A DNA stretch of 64,000 bases from Okamejei kenojei. Its lineage: Eukaryota. Position numbers and translations under genes: made by a program. The notes beneath the pieces are model-generated. The model saw nothing but the letters and a program-made list of their open reading frames with translations, ran no database searches and had not been told where the DNA came from. The DNA lies in assembly GCA_035221665.1 (NCBI GenBank), contig CM069161.1:3348001-3412000 (forward strand), given 5' to 3'. Below, piece by piece: positions 23,049 to 36,871 of the stretch. Each line of letters begins with the position of its first letter. Positions within the stretch are counted from its first letter, which is position 1.

Positions 23049-23319
23049 TGCTTTCACAAAGAGCCATGTTTTATTTTGGTCTGTGTCCCTCTGAACAGAC
23101 CAGTGAGATTAAGGGTGGCCTGAGCATTGTAACACTTGCTGGGCTCACCATTATCAGCCTTGATTGTATTCTCAAAAAAGGAGTAATGGATTGAAGCAGA
23201 CTTAGAGTGAGCTTGTTTAGCTCAAGGAGATGGTAGCCAACAAAGGGTATGACAGCTGACACTCTTTAGAGCACTTCTAAGTGAAAGAGAATTACATAAT
23301 CTGAGGAATAATACTAAAC

Positions 23320-23720
23320 TGGTGTTTATAGAGCACTTTTCACAGGCTCAGAATGTTGCAAAGCATTTTACAGCCAATGAATGCTTTCTGAAGTGAAAGG
23401 TCACTGCTGCATTGTAGTGAAGAATGACTTTGAATTTTTCAACAACAGGATCTGTCGAGGATCAATGACTTTGTTTTTATTGCTTTTGAGAGGAAACACA
23501 TGTTTGCAAGATTTCAGGTTGAATTCATGCTTTTCCCTGAAACAGTGCCATGGGTTCACTGGAGGGGCAGACAAGCCCATGGTTTACCATTCAGCCACAA
23601 AGGCAGCATCAGTTAATGGCAGTGTGGGACTAGGAGTGTCAACTTCCATCCTATGGCCATGCAAGGTGAGTGAGACCTGAACTCAGGGACTGCAAATCAG
23701 AGCCAAAAGCACTACTGCAG
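23320..23720 (-). mobile_element. Old SacSINE1/DeuSINE-like SINE
   Basis: caaagcattttacagccaatgaa...tgaagtg..gtcactg resembles the SacSINE1 3' region. Heavily diverged. Confidence 0.5.
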
Positions 23721-23735
23721 GCAGAAAAGTCTGAT

Positions 23736-24040
23736 TTGTTTTGTCTAGTTTAGAGATACAGCGAACGGCCACTTGGGCCCACCAAGTTCCCACCGACCAT
23801 CGATTCCCATATACTGCCACTACCCTACACATACTAGGGACAATTCACAATTTTACCAAGCCAATTAGCCTACAAACCTGTACATCTTTGGACTACGGGA
23901 GGAAACCGGAGCACCCGGAGAAAACCCATGCAGGTCACGGGGAGAACGTACAAACTCCGTACAGAAAGCACCCGTGGTCAGGATCGAACGTGGGGCTCTG
24001 GCGCGGTGAGGCAGCAACTCTACCGCTGCGCCACCGTGCC
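23736..24040 (-). mobile_element. HE1/V-SINE-type SINE
   Basis: Full head (ggcacggtggcgcagcggtagag), V-domain and tail on the minus strand. Confidence 0.9.
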
Positions 24041-24714
24041 AACAAATGATATGTCGTATAATTCAGTCTCTGGATGAATACTCTGAGATCTTGTTCAAAC
24101 CAGTCATGTATATATTTATTAGAAACACACCATCAGATGAAATGGTTCATTGACAATTCAGTCTAGTTAGTTCTGCTGAAAGTAATCCCAAACTAAAGCA
24201 GTGGTTAAATTGTACAATTAAAAAATAAAACTTGTATTGCTGTCAGCACTACGCCTGGACTGATGCCTATCACAGTGACCTAGTTACAGGGGCAGTAAAA
24301 TCCAGCTCTACGCTGAAACAAATCAATCATCCAGCTCGGCTGTTTTTCCTGATATCTTGTAAAGTAGTTTTGGTGACATGTAAAGATTTGTTAACCAAAC
24401 TTAGCTTTAAAACCAGTCCTGGAACTTCAATGAATTAAATATATCTTTGCATTTTTTTTTATTCATATAACATGGAATAGCGCATTATTTATTCCCCGTC
24501 TGAAGCTGTGCTGCAGAAGGAGGTGACGAGCTGCTGAAATGTGTGTGATGCCTATTTGTCACAATGCAGTTGTGTAGGAATCCTAAGATTGTGACACAGT
24601 GAAAAGGAGGGAATTGTAATATATTTCTCTGTCTTGTTCATGGCTTAGCTGCATGACTAAAGTTCAGTAAACAAGTTATGCAGAGCTGACAATGGAGCCA
24701 TTTTTTTTACTAGA

Positions 24715-24810
24715 GGCTAAACACAAAATGTTAGAGGAACTCAATTAGTCAGGCAGCAACTGTGAAGGGAATGGATAGACGATAGTTTGGGTCAGAACCT
24801 TTCTTCAGAT
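24715..24810 (-). mobile_element. Solo Penelope pLTR, degenerate
   Basis: acacaaaatgttagaggaactc...gggtcagaacctttcttcaga. Confidence 0.7.
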
Positions 24811-25597
24811 TCAAGGCTATTCATCCCATAGGGTGTCTGCTAGCTCCCCATGGGGTGGTGGGGGGGGGGGGGGGGGGGGAGGGGGGGATTCCCATAAGTT
24901 CCATTCCCTTTCCTGACTTTCCCTGTATTCCTGCAAGTTATTCCCACACATCCATTGGAATAGAATCATACAGCACAGAAACAGGCCCTTTGGCCCAATG
25001 CATCTGTGCCGACCAAGATACCCCTTCTAAGATAGACCCATTTGCCTGTGTTTGGCCCATACCCCTCAAGCCCTCTCTTATCCAAACCCTATCCTTTGAT
25101 TATTTTGCCATTTACCAACACTAAAGTAAACGCACAGTGGCCAATTAACCAGCGTGCACATACTTGGGATAGGGAGGGAACCGGTGCAGCTTGAGCAAAC
25201 ACTCACAGTCAGAGAGAAAAGGTGCCAACTGCACACTCCGAATCGAAGCCTCTGAAGTTGAGGGAGAGTTGTATTAACTATTGCACCCCTGTGCTGCCTC
25301 TCTACACATATAAAACGTGCTCTGATAGGGTGCGCTAAAGAGCATTGCAGTCAATTAATTATTTTTGAACTAACACACCAGGATTTACAAAGAGAAATGT
25401 GAAGCCCTGGTGATCTCTTCTTCCTGATGTTTGGTTGAGGAGCAAACAGGGCCCAGGCCATCATGGACAACCCTGCTATTCTGTTTTAATGCAGTACCTG
25501 GGAATGGTCTGTGCCCACCTTAGTTGGATATAATCTTAAAACCTGAAAACCACAGGTAATCTGAACCCAATCCTAGCCAAGGACATTGTATTTCCAA

Positions 25598-25824
25598 AGA
25601 TAGACACAAAATGCTGGAGTAACTAAGCGGGTCAAGCAGCATCTCTGGAAAAAAGGAATAGATGATGTTTTGGGTTGGAATCTTTCTTCAGACTGGCTGA
25701 AGAAAGGTTCCGACCTGAAACATCACCTATGCCTTTTCTCCAGAGATGCTGCTTGAACTGCTTAGTTACTCCAGCATTTTGTGTCTATCTTCGGTATAAA
25801 ACTAGCATTTGCTGTTCCTTACAA
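25598..25824. mobile_element. Head-to-head Penelope pLTR pair
   Basis: Inverted arms. The flanks gacattgtatttccaa (25582-25597) and gacataatatttccaa (25825-25840) form a TSD. Confidence 0.85.
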
Positions 25825-26057
25825 GACATAATATTTCCAATCTCACATGACCATCACCATAGATATGGTCATCCAATTGTCATCGTAAATATAACCATCT
25901 GCCCATCACTATTTATATAACTATATCACTCATGCAAATGGAGCACCAAACATCGATCAGGCCCAATGCAGGTCAATCCACCCAATTGCCTGGACAAATT
26001 ATCACACAAACACACACACAAGAATACACACTAGTCATTGCACATACATATACACAC

Positions 26058-26414
26058 GGAATAGTGAATAGAGTGGATGTGGACAGGGAGTTTCCACTAG
26101 TGGGAAAGTCTGGCACTAGAGGTCAGGCTCAGAATTAAAGGACATTCTTTGAGGAAGGAGATGAGGAGAAATGTCTTTAGTCAGAGGGTGATGAATCTGT
26201 GGAATTATTGCCACAGAAGGCTGTGGAGGCCAAGTCAATGGATATTTTTAAGGCAGAGATAGATAGATTCTTGATTAGTACAGGTGTCAGAGGTTATAGG
26301 GAGGGCAGGAGAATGGGGTTAGGAGGGAGAGACAGGCATGATTGAATGGCGTAGACTTGATGGGCCGAATGGCCTAATTGTAGGCCTATTCCTTATGACC
26401 TTATGACCTTATGA
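26058..26414 (+). mobile_element. CR1 LINE 3' end inserted in a CA-rich tract
   Basis: FPLVGKSGTRG motif and a (ttatgacc)n tail. CA-rich sequence lies on both sides. Confidence 0.85.
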
Positions 26415-28307
26415 CACACATTCACATGCGTACAAACACATACACAAACATACACACATATTCATTCACACAGACACGCAGAAACACACCAATGGACACA
26501 AGAACACAAACACTCATAAAACAATGGAGGCAGAGCTGATGAAATGGAAAAAAATGTTCACTGTTTAATCTGTTCTGCAGTTTTATGCACCAGAAACAGA
26601 TGAAAGCCATTGTTATTCCATGGATGAACTAGTTGAACAATTGTGGAGTGGGTACGAACCTTTGTGAAGGGAAATTAATGCTCAATGGAGGAAATAATTG
26701 TTTTCATAGTGATAACTAATTGAGAAGGGTGTTAGTTGCAGTCAGCATGGATTTGACAGACATTTGTCCAGATCTCTCATAACAGACTGATCGGAAAAGT
26801 GAAACTTCATGCGGCCTCTGGGGAAAATTATATTTTAATTCAAAATGGCTCAGTGGCAAGTTGTCAATTGCTGCTTTAATGACAGGGAAATGGCTGCATT
26901 AGGGTTCAGAGATCTTCAGAGTTTCATTTCATTAGAAAGAGGATTATGTGTAATGGTATAAAACAAGAGTTAAGCCATAGCATATTGTCACACATTATCA
27001 CATTACCAATTGAATCAGGTAGCTCTGGCTTGGGGATAGAAGAGATTTTCGAGAATATTTTCTGAGCTGGAGAAATTTAGTTATGAGAAAAGGTTGGCCA
27101 TTGTGAGAGTTAACCAAAGAGTATAAATTGATCATAGACAGGAAGTATGAATAGCAAGGACCAGTTCTCTTGTCATAGTGCCTAGAACTAAGGAGTACAA
27201 GTTGAAGATAATTTGTAGAAGGATTGGAAGGGGTGATAGTAAATTGTTTTCACCCATGAGTGTCTGGAACTCTGGCACTGAACGGGTACCAGAAGGCAAG
27301 ACCCTCAGTGTAATTTAAACCTAATTCTGGATGATACTTGTTATAGCACAGAGCTGCAGACCAAGAACTGGGGCGTGCGGTTGTTGGAACTGCTCTCTTT
27401 TGGACAGTAGGGATAGGATGGGCCGAGTAGCCTCTCTCTATGGTCATGGGCAGGCAGAGGATATTCATTTAAATTGGCATCGTGTTATGTGTGGGAACTG
27501 TGGGCCGACAGGCCTGTTATTGTGCTGCACGGTTCAATCTTCTATGTTCTATGAAATAAACTTCCAGGCTTCCAAGGAACCATAGTTGTATCAGCTACAA
27601 CAGTGTAACAGCTGATTCTCTTCTTCCTGCCACCTAGTAAGATCATGGTCAATTGCTACTGTACCTGTTACAGAATGCAATGATTGCATTTGAGATCACT
27701 GGTTAAAGCTGGAATAAAGCAAATGCATCAAAGGCACTTGAATAGAAATCTGACACGAACACACAAAATAAAGAAGCAATCGCTGTTTGACTGGAATCCG
27801 CTCTGAAACGAGGTTGGGGACTCATCCTGCTTACTATTCATGAGGCCCATACTCTCGCTGGATTACAAAATTCATGAAATGTTAATATCCAGGAGATTTT
27901 CTGTTATTATTTTCATTCATCCAAGTCATCTCATAGAGAGAGAGGGCTTCAGTTCCAAAAGATAACATTGCAGGTAAGCCTGAATGGCCAGAAACTGATA
28001 GTAGACATCCATGCAAAAGCTGCACAGCCCTCCTGTATATGGAGATCAACAATGTGTCATGGGCTCTTTTTATTGTTCTATGAAACTTCTCATCTTACAG
28101 TTTAGCAGAAAGCAGGGAGCAAAGGCAACTCACATCCACCTCACATCTCACCATTGCTGGTAAATTCCTGTTCCCTTCACTGAGATTGTCAGTGTGGTAT
28201 CAGTTCAGGGCTTTCCTGGGTTGATTATATGGGTTAACCCACTCAGGCTTCTTAATTGTTGGGTTTACAATCAGGATGAGCAAAACAGAACAACTTTCAG
28301 GATTCTC

Positions 28308-28436
28308 AGTCTGAAGATGGGTCTCAACCCGAAATGCCACCTTTTCTCCAGAGATGCTGCCTGACCCGCTGAGTTACTCCAGAATTTTGTGTCTATCTTC
28401 GGTGTAAAGCAGCATCTGCAGCATCTTCCTTCCTAC
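28308..28436 (+). mobile_element. Solo Penelope pLTR
   Basis: agtctgaagatgggtctcaacccgaaatgcc...; TSD acagaacaactttc (28285-28298) / acagaataacttcc (28437-28450). Confidence 0.85.
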
Positions 28437-28669
28437 ACAGAATAACTTCCCACATGCTGTAAGTGCACGTTCCCAATTGGATCCAACCTTTCTCACCTCC
28501 CTTTATGTGGCCTCTCACACATCCTCAGAACCCCAGGGATCGGGACACAAAGCCTGGTACTTACCTCACCCTTTTCACAACCTCACGTTGTCTCAAAGCA
28601 CTCAATGTGTAAACACTTCGGTAACGTGACAAAAACCGGTAGCCAATTTGCCCTCAATGATTGCATTAA

Positions 28670-28839
28670 CAGTTCATTGGCTATATTTAAGAGGGAGTTA
28701 GATGTGGCCCTTGTGGCTAAAGGGATCAGGGGGTATAGAGAGAAGGCAGGTACAGGATACTGAGTTGGATGATCAGCCATGATCATATTGAATGGCGGTG
28801 CAGACTCGAAGGGCCGCACCTATTTTCTAAGTTTCTATG
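28670..28839 (+). mobile_element. CR1 LINE 3' end
   Basis: Near-identical to 7156-7349. taacag is duplicated at 28667-28672 and 28840-28845. Confidence 0.9.
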
Positions 28840-29100
28840 TAACAGCTTTTTTCCATGAGTAGTAGCTCTACTCAATAACCAAAAATCTGGAGCCTTCTTT
28901 TGCTCTGGTATTTTATTTAATTCACATGTTTAATCAATACTGTTTTGTTATTAATGTTTAATGATTTATGTGTCATTCTTAACTGTCACAGTATGTCATG
29001 TTGTCACTTGCGGGCGGAGCACCAAGGCAAATTCCTTGTACGTGAATACTTGGCCAATAAACATTCATTCATTCATTCACTCATTCTTTCATTCATTCAT
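28840..29100 (+). mobile_element. Rex1/Babar-type LINE 3' end with (attc)n tail
   Basis: An NSFF(P)..VALLN-like end, then aataaac(attc)n. Confidence 0.6.
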
Positions 29101-29274
29101 AATGCAATGGGTGAAAATAAAAACAAATTCCAGTTACTAAAAATCTGCAATTAAAAAATTGTAATAGTTGTAAACACTCAGTCTGACAGGCAGCATCCGT
29201 AGAGAGAAAATTAACCTTTCAGGTCGAAGTTGCCTTCTCTTTCCACAGATGCTGCCTGACCCGCTGAGACAAAC

Positions 29275-29545
29275 AGAGTCACATAGCATGGAAATAGACC
29301 CTTCGGCCCACTGAGTCCATGCTGACCATCAATCGTACATTTATACTAAACTTACATTAACCCCACACGTTATTCTTCCCCTATACTCATCAGCACTCCC
29401 ACCAGCCTAAGACACTACCACTCACCTACACACTAGAGGAAATTTATAGTGGCCAATTAACCTGCCAACCGTTACATCTTTGGGATGCAAGAGGAAACTG
29501 CAGCACCTGAAGGAAACCTATGTGGTTGCAGGGAGAACATGTAAA
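29275..29545 (-). mobile_element. Degenerate HE1-type SINE
   Basis: Tail and V-domain are recognisable; the head is missing. Confidence 0.7.
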
Positions 29546-30380
29546 TATAAATGGTCCTATTAATCTATGTTTTTCAAAGCTTAATAGATAGGACACAATC
29601 ATATAAACAGACCCAAGCCACATGGCTTATTTAGCATGTGCCAGCATTCAATACAAACCATTCTGAAGACGTGCTTTGCTTTACAGGAGGTTGTGATCCA
29701 GATCTCTCGTGTCTTTTCAAATGGTCCATTTGACAGATGAAAGCCCGTCTCAATGGACAACCTCCCAAAGTATCACTGAAGCATCATCCTCAGATTTTTG
29801 TGTACGATGGAAAAGTTAATTTAATTCACTGAAGTTCTCTCACTAAACCCCACTGTTAGCATCCTACTTGCCTGCTGATATTAATACTGAACAATCAGTG
29901 TAAAATGGCATTGCCAATTTAATCTTATTTTTAAATGAAGCGGAAGATATCTTTGGTTCTGAAATTTCCATGGTAACATCAGCTCTCTGCTTCTGGAAAG
30001 AGGTCGGCTGAAGCTAATTTTGAAAGTGTTAGTTTTCTGGCAACTTTAAAAGAAACCAAAACTTCAACATCAGAAACAAAAATAGATCTCCCAGAGGCAG
30101 GAATCAGAGAGGGGGAGCATTGAGAGAGCATCTCACAGACCTAGGTCCTAACCCGGAACATTGCCTATCCATGTAGAGATGTTGCCTGATCAGCTGGGTT
30201 ACTCCAGCACTTTGTGTTTTATCATGGAATGTTGTTAAAGGACACATAGGGTTTTTGACCCAAAGTGATTATCACGTTAAAGAGTGATCCCTCATTGTCG
30301 GTGCAACAGTTTTTTTCACCTTGTTACATAATCCGAGGCAATGGAAGAAGAGCAAGTCAAACCCGGAGGAGTTACTCCAG

Positions 30381-30579
30381 GTTTAGTTTAGTTTAGCTTA
30401 GAGATACAGCACGGAAACAGGTCCTTCGGCTCAACAAGTCTGGAATCCAGAGCTCCCAGAGAAAAACCCATGCGGTCACGGGGAGAATGTACAAGCTCCA
30501 TACAGAGAGCACCCGTAGTCAGGATTGAACCCGGGTCTCTAGCGCTGTAAGGCAGCAAATCTACCACTGCACCTACCAC
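30381..30579 (-). mobile_element. HE1-type SINE with internal deletion
   Basis: Head and V-domain are joined directly to the (ctaaa)n tail. Confidence 0.85.
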
Positions 30580-31340
30580 TGGTTGTTGAAGTTTGTTTAC
30601 TTCTTATCCCAGTGATAAAGTGCTCATCTCTGAAGCACAAGCTCCATGTCAGAAATTTGAGCTCCTCACAATTTGGAATGGCACTCATTTGCCATCTTCC
30701 AATCCAGAGACCACCCCAAAGTTTGTTATATAGTTTCAGGACCAGTTGTGTGCAGGCTTAAGGTGTAGTTACTGTCTGTTCATGTCGCTTTTAAACAGAT
30801 ACTAATGTTGTTACATATGTGGCCCATATAATGTTGGGTTTGTATTCTTTAAGAATTATACCATTCATCCAACTTCTCTCTGTAGATGAGGCCACAATGT
30901 CCATGAAGATTATTTCAGAATATGAGTTTCTCGGTGTAGATCCTGCTTACTTTCTCTGTGTAGCGGACACACAATAGAGAGAGTTTGTACTTATTGGTTT
31001 AATCTCCCAGTTATCTCCAGATACCATGGAAGTTATCCGTGACCTCCAGGCTGTCGGGATGTAGACCAATAATTAATATCTAGCTCTGAAATGGCTGCAC
31101 CTTCATCTCTCTTAGATAGTCATGGGTTCAAACCCTTCTCTGAAGTTTTGAACATGAGAAGAGGATAATTCAGAGAGAATAGCGGACTCCTGCAGTGCGG
31201 TCTCATTCACCAAATGTTAAACTGAAGTCCTACCCGTCCTACAAAGAATGTGCTATAGGGTGCATGACCTCATGGGTGCTCTTGTTGGCTTCTTGACAAT
31301 ATTGATCCCTTGACCAACACCAGTGCAAATTCTCATGTTA

Positions 31341-31525
31341 TGGGCCAGTCCCACTTTCCCGAGTTATTCACAAATTCTCCCAAGTTTTCTCCTTGATTCA
31401 AACTCGCAGAATGTTTGTAACGTGTCCGTAGGAGTCCGTGGATATATCGTAGCGGCTCGTTATGCCAGCTGTAGGTACTTGGGGGTATATTTCTACCCGT
31501 GGACATAAGGTGTCGTCAGATTTAT
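31341..31525. mobile_element. One-ended fragment of a non-autonomous DNA transposon (PIF/Harbinger-like)
   Basis: Starts tta|tgggccagtcccactt, resembling Harbinger-type TIRs (gggcctgtcccact), followed by a CpG-rich body. No right TIR seen. Confidence 0.4.
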
Positions 31526-32228
31526 CTATCATCACTGTTCCTGCCAGATTAGCTCCAGTTCTCTATGTAGATTACAATACATATTGATAAGTTTTGGTGG
31601 CAAGAAATCTGAACACCCACTCACTGTTGAATTATTCACCAGGTCCACCCATCAAGTTACTTGAAGCGATAGCAGATTTGACAGGCTCACATAGAGCTGT
31701 GCAGACTTCTATCGCTTAATCGAATCGCCCTGTCCTAAGGAATTGATCTGGTATTTGGGTTAATGAAATCCACTAAAGTTATTTTGGTTATCAACTTTCC
31801 TCCTTCAGCTAATGATGGATATGAAAGGTTTGGGCGTGTAAACTTTCAAGTCTGTAGGATCTCTTGGTAGCATTTAATCACCTGTCAGCAAAGAAAACAG
31901 TCAGGCAATGAGAATTTTTATAAGACTAAAATGATAAGACTTCAGTTCACACATACACATTATACCCACAAATGCATTCCCTGGTTTTAATATAAAGGAT
32001 ATGTGAATATACTGCAGGGAATACAAGTTGGACAAACACAAGAGACTGCAGTTGCTTGAATCAGGAGGAACTCCACGGGTCAAGCAGCTTCTGTGGTGGA
32101 TAATGGGCATTCGATGTATCAGGTCAGGACTTTTGATCTGACTTGGAAGACAAGGATGCAAGGATGTGCAAGAAAATCTTCACGTTTTCCAGATTGCATT
32201 CCATTTGCCTGTTCACCTAATATATCTA

Positions 32229-32322
32229 AGGCAGACAAAAATGCTGGAGAAACTCAGCGGGTGAGGCAGCATCTATGGAGCGAAGGAAAAAGGCAACGTT
32301 TCAGGTCGAGACCCTTCTTCAG
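32229..32322 (-). mobile_element. 94-bp solo Penelope pLTR with a perfect 14-bp TSD
   Basis: acctaatatatcta at 32215-32228 and 32323-32336. The insert begins at the hammerhead core. Confidence 0.92.
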
Positions 32323-32724
32323 ACCTAATATATCTACATCACTGTGTAACTGCTGTATCGCTTTCTTCTCAGTTTACTCTTCTATCTATCCTGGTGTCAT
32401 CATCTACTTTATCAACTAAAATGCTGGTCATTTCTTCAAAATCATTAATATAAATTGTGGAAAAATTGGTGTCCAAGTACCCTATCAGAAATGTGGGATT
32501 GACTCTGCCACATCCTATGGATTTTGCAATGCCTGCTCTACACACTTTGTTTTTGCACAATCGTGGTCGAGTTTACTTAGAATGTCTGACAATTTATTGC
32601 ATATTTATTTTTGTTCTTATTATTACATCTCGAGTGCCTATAAAGTAGCAGCAATACGAATTTAATTGTTCCTGTTCATATCTGGTGCATATGACGAATA
32701 AGCTCTCTTGGTCGTGATCTTCCA

Positions 32725-33310
32725 AATTATTATATAAATGTCCAAGGACAATGGACCCGGCAAAGATCCCCGAGGCACACCACTAGTCACAGGCCTCCAG
32801 CCTTTCACCATTACATAGACACAAAGTGCTGGAGTAAGTCAGCGAGACAGGCAGCATCTCTGGAGAGAAGGAATGGGTGACGATTCGGGTCGAGACCCCT
32901 CTCTGAAGACGAAGATCTGAAGAAAGGTCTCAACCCACAACGTAACCTAGTCCTTTTCTCCAGTGATGCCCCACTGAGTTACTCCAGCATTTGTGTCTAT
33001 CTTCGGTTTAAACAGCATCTGCAGTTCCTTCCGATACCTTTCACCATTACCCCCTGCTTCTACCTTTAACCCAATTACGTATTACATATAGCTTCTTCCT
33101 GCATCCTGGGCTATTAACTTTCCATGTTAGCCTAACATATGGGACCTTGTCAAACGCCTTGCTAAACTCCATATAGACAATGTCCACCTCCTTGCCTTTA
33201 TCAATCCTCTTGTTTGCCGTTTCAAAAAACTCTTAACAGAAATGTGATATATCCAATATTTCCCACACACGAGGCCTTGCTGACTATTCCTAATCAGTCC
33301 TTGTGTCAGC
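32725..33310 (-). mobile_element. Old CR1 RT fragment
   Basis: The minus strand shows SQQG, VDIVYMEFSKAFDKVP and VTSGVPRGS motifs. Confidence 0.75.
32815..33036. mobile_element. Head-to-head Penelope pLTR pair with a perfect 14-bp TSD
   Basis: cctttcaccattac at 32801-32814 and 33037-33050. Confidence 0.92.
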
Positions 33311-34586
33311 AACATTACTTGCTCCACCACTATGACACCCTTTCACCTGGCACATCCTAAGGTTGCATGTTCCGGAGCCACGTAACTGATGTTAGATGAT
33401 TGCTGGAACAGTCCCTACCCCTCTAGTGCTGAAATATAAGTCAAATTTGACTGGCAACAAGAGATTTGAAGAGCCAAGAGTGATTTACATTCATAGGCAA
33501 GATCTGATCAAGATTCAACAGTATTTTTCTCCATTTGGCCCTGTTTTCTTGTTCAATAACGTTCAGGATTATATTCAAGTAAAACCCCAAACTGTAGGTT
33601 CATAAACTAGATTCAGTTTCTGTATACCGCTCCTCCAGAGTGTAATTCTCATTTAGCTGCCTTTTGCAACTACAGAAAGCAATGTAAAAACCGACATGCT
33701 GATGCTACCTCATGAACATTTCATTTATTTTATTTTTATTTTTGTTGAGAAGCCGCTCATTGGATTTAAGCTGGAAGGTCCCCTGAAATCTCATCATTTA
33801 AAAACAAAGGATGACAGAGTGGCCATTAACTGTCATCCTCAGATGCTGCAGCTAACCTGAACGCCAACAGAAACCATTAAAAATGCACGGGTCTGTGAAG
33901 CTAATTCTCTGGTGTATTATGGATGTTTATTTTCATTGCTAAAGCTTCAGGCGTTTTCTTGAAATAACTTTCCCTGCTGTGTCCATGACTTAGAAATATT
34001 TGTTACTTTTTCCCTCTGAATGAGAACAAAGGTTTTTGAAATGTAAAATTGGAGATCTAAAATTATTATTTTATAGGAAGCATTTGCTTCAGTGGATGTG
34101 TTGGAAACCCATCACCGCATGCTACCACACCTACATGGGATCGTGGAACGTTTTGCTTTGTACGATCAATGTGACGCACCTTGCCTGGAAAATTGATTCC
34201 GTTCAAGTCAATGGATTTCTGCGTACAGAGTGCAGTCGTGATTATATCACCACAATCAATCAGGGATGAACTTTGGGCAGATAGTATACTACCAATGCCA
34301 CTAATTATGTTATATTTAATGTTGGATAAGACATTAAACCAAGGCTGGGTCTGCCCCCTAAAAAGGATGGAAGAAATCCCACCACTCTTATCAAAGATGT
34401 TTTCACACATATCCCTACTTGAACCCTTCAGCTATTGTAACTAAATTAAAGTCATATGTCAACATAAATCACGTGGTTATACAGAACTTATTAGTGTTGT
34501 GAAACATTCCAGCACTCTTGACAGATTCGCCTTTGTCAAATTGGTGGGTTATTTATGGGGCTTTGCTGTGTACACACTTTTAGATC

Positions 34587-34859
34587 AGTTTAGTTAGTTT
34601 AGTTTAGATTAGTTTAGTTTCGAGACACAGAATGAAAACAGGCCCTTCAGCCCACCGAGCCTGTGCTGACCAGCGATCACCCATACACTAGTCCTATCCT
34701 ACATGGTAGGGCCAATTAACCTATAAACCTGCATGTCTTTGGAATGTGGGAGGAAGCCATAGTGCTGTGGTCACAGGGAGAACATACAAACTCCACACAG
34801 ACAGCACCCGTTGTCAGGATCAAACCTGGGTCTCTGGCCCTGCAAGGCAGCAACTCTAT
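34587..34859 (-). mobile_element. HE1-type SINE
   Basis: (ctaaa)n tail, V-domain and tRNA-like head on the minus strand. Confidence 0.85.
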
Positions 34860-36371
34860 ATGCAACTCTACAGCAACTCCATAGATTTCCTACATGAATA
34901 GCAGTTGCATCATAATAGGATGGTAGCTGGATATAAACTGTTCATGGGCTTCGATCGAGAAGAGATCACGTAAGGTGGCGTAAGATGCCGCTCCCTCTAC
35001 TCTTGTGTATCTGTGCCTGAATAGTCACATTGTGAAATCTAGAAACTGGTCTTAATGCAACAAAATGATAATAATATTGATTCTAAAATTGGTGTCAGTT
35101 TAATAGTTACTTGGTAACTTCTTGATGGAGAGGAGAAAAAGTCCTGGAAAAAGTAGAATTGTGAAATAACTGTTGTATATTCAATAAGTTCCACATTTTA
35201 GGCTGGTCTGGACAAACTGTGCAAGGCAAGGTAATACGTGATCAGATGAATCCACATAATTGAATCTTCCGTAATCTTTTTTAAAATTCCCTGTTTATGA
35301 GGCCTTTGCAAATTGCAGCTGCTCTGTTCCTTGTCCTGACTTTTCTCACCTTTTGATGTTGTACCATCTTTCCCTCAGGCTCGAGGGACAAGCATGGCAT
35401 TCATTTGTCTTTATTAGTTTGGCTTTGTGCCAAATTCATCCCATGCACTGTCAACAAAGCCTGGCATCAGTCTGTCGATCAAAGAATGAGGAAGGCATCA
35501 AGCAGATTTGTTTAGTCTGAACTTTGCAAGAGGTTTATGAGAGACACACAGCAGTAATATCAGGGTGGAGAGTAGGCCAGCAGTTAAAGGTGAACTGGAT
35601 TCAACTGAACTGCCAAACAATCCGAAACAATGAGCAAGAGAACAAACTCAGCGAGTCACGTAACATTGCGGACGGAAGTGGCCAGGTGATATTTTGGGTC
35701 GGGACCCTTCCTCTGACTGATGAAAGGCATGTGGCTGTGGTATAAGCTCATACGTTCATAAGTTCTAGGAGCAGAATTAGGCCATTCCTCCCATCAAGTC
35801 TGCTCTGCCATTCAATCATGCCCATTATTGAGTCTCGGTGAAAACATGTTCACCCAGTTTCTGCAGTGTCTATAAACAAGGGTCCCCACAGTGACCAACC
35901 CATTGAAAAACCCAGTTTGGTAAGCTTCATTGAAATCCACACTAGGTTGTAGAATCTGGACAAATATAGAAATCCCCCTATCAATTCTCCACACCAGGGA
36001 CCAGTATTTGAAATCTATCTTTCCCATTTGAGTGGAAATTAGTGATTCAACCTCCTCGAGATGTGTGTTTGAAGAGCTTCCTCCCTAGCCTCGGGAATTG
36101 ACCAGCGACCCTCTACCCCTGCCAGTCCCAACTAAACTCTCCCACACACGCCACAAGGGGGGGGGTGTTAAAAAAATAGTATATGTAAATAATATTAAAA
36201 AAACACAATTAAATATAATAGGGAGAATAAAAATATTATCAAACACGAAATAATGGTATGGGGGGTAAAAAAAAAAAAAAAAAAACTAAGAATAGTGTAA
36301 TAAATAATATTATAATTGTTATTAAATTAATGTATGAAACAATTAAAAAGAAATATAAATGAAAACATCAC

Positions 36372-36871
36372 NNNNNNNNNNNNNNNNNNNNNNNNNNNNN
36401 NNNNNNNNNNNNNNNNNNNNNNNNNNNNNNNNNNNNNNNNNNNNNNNNNNNNNNNNNNNNNNNNNNNNNNNNNNNNNNNNNNNNNNNNNNNNNNNNNNNN
36501 NNNNNNNNNNNNNNNNNNNNNNNNNNNNNNNNNNNNNNNNNNNNNNNNNNNNNNNNNNNNNNNNNNNNNNNNNNNNNNNNNNNNNNNNNNNNNNNNNNNN
36601 NNNNNNNNNNNNNNNNNNNNNNNNNNNNNNNNNNNNNNNNNNNNNNNNNNNNNNNNNNNNNNNNNNNNNNNNNNNNNNNNNNNNNNNNNNNNNNNNNNNN
36701 NNNNNNNNNNNNNNNNNNNNNNNNNNNNNNNNNNNNNNNNNNNNNNNNNNNNNNNNNNNNNNNNNNNNNNNNNNNNNNNNNNNNNNNNNNNNNNNNNNNN
36801 NNNNNNNNNNNNNNNNNNNNNNNNNNNNNNNNNNNNNNNNNNNNNNNNNNNNNNNNNNNNNNNNNNNNNNN
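36372..36871. other. Assembly gap (500 N)
   Basis: A run of N. The round number suggests a scaffolding placeholder of unknown true size. Confidence 0.99.

Noticed and set aside
34060-34270. Possible host exon after ttttatag (EAFASVDVLETHH... or KHLLQWMCW...)
   Set aside because: No recognisable protein similarity and no convincing partner exons. It needs RNA-seq or tblastx.
34587-34620. Short periodic repeats as a CRISPR-like array
   Set aside because: These are (ttagt)n/(ctaaa)n and (ttctatg)n SINE/LINE tails without spacers.
35820-36371. Missing 3' half of the second DIRS left of the gap
   Set aside because: No RNase H, MT, YR or ICR motifs found. The sequence degrades into low-complexity AT-rich contig-end sequence.
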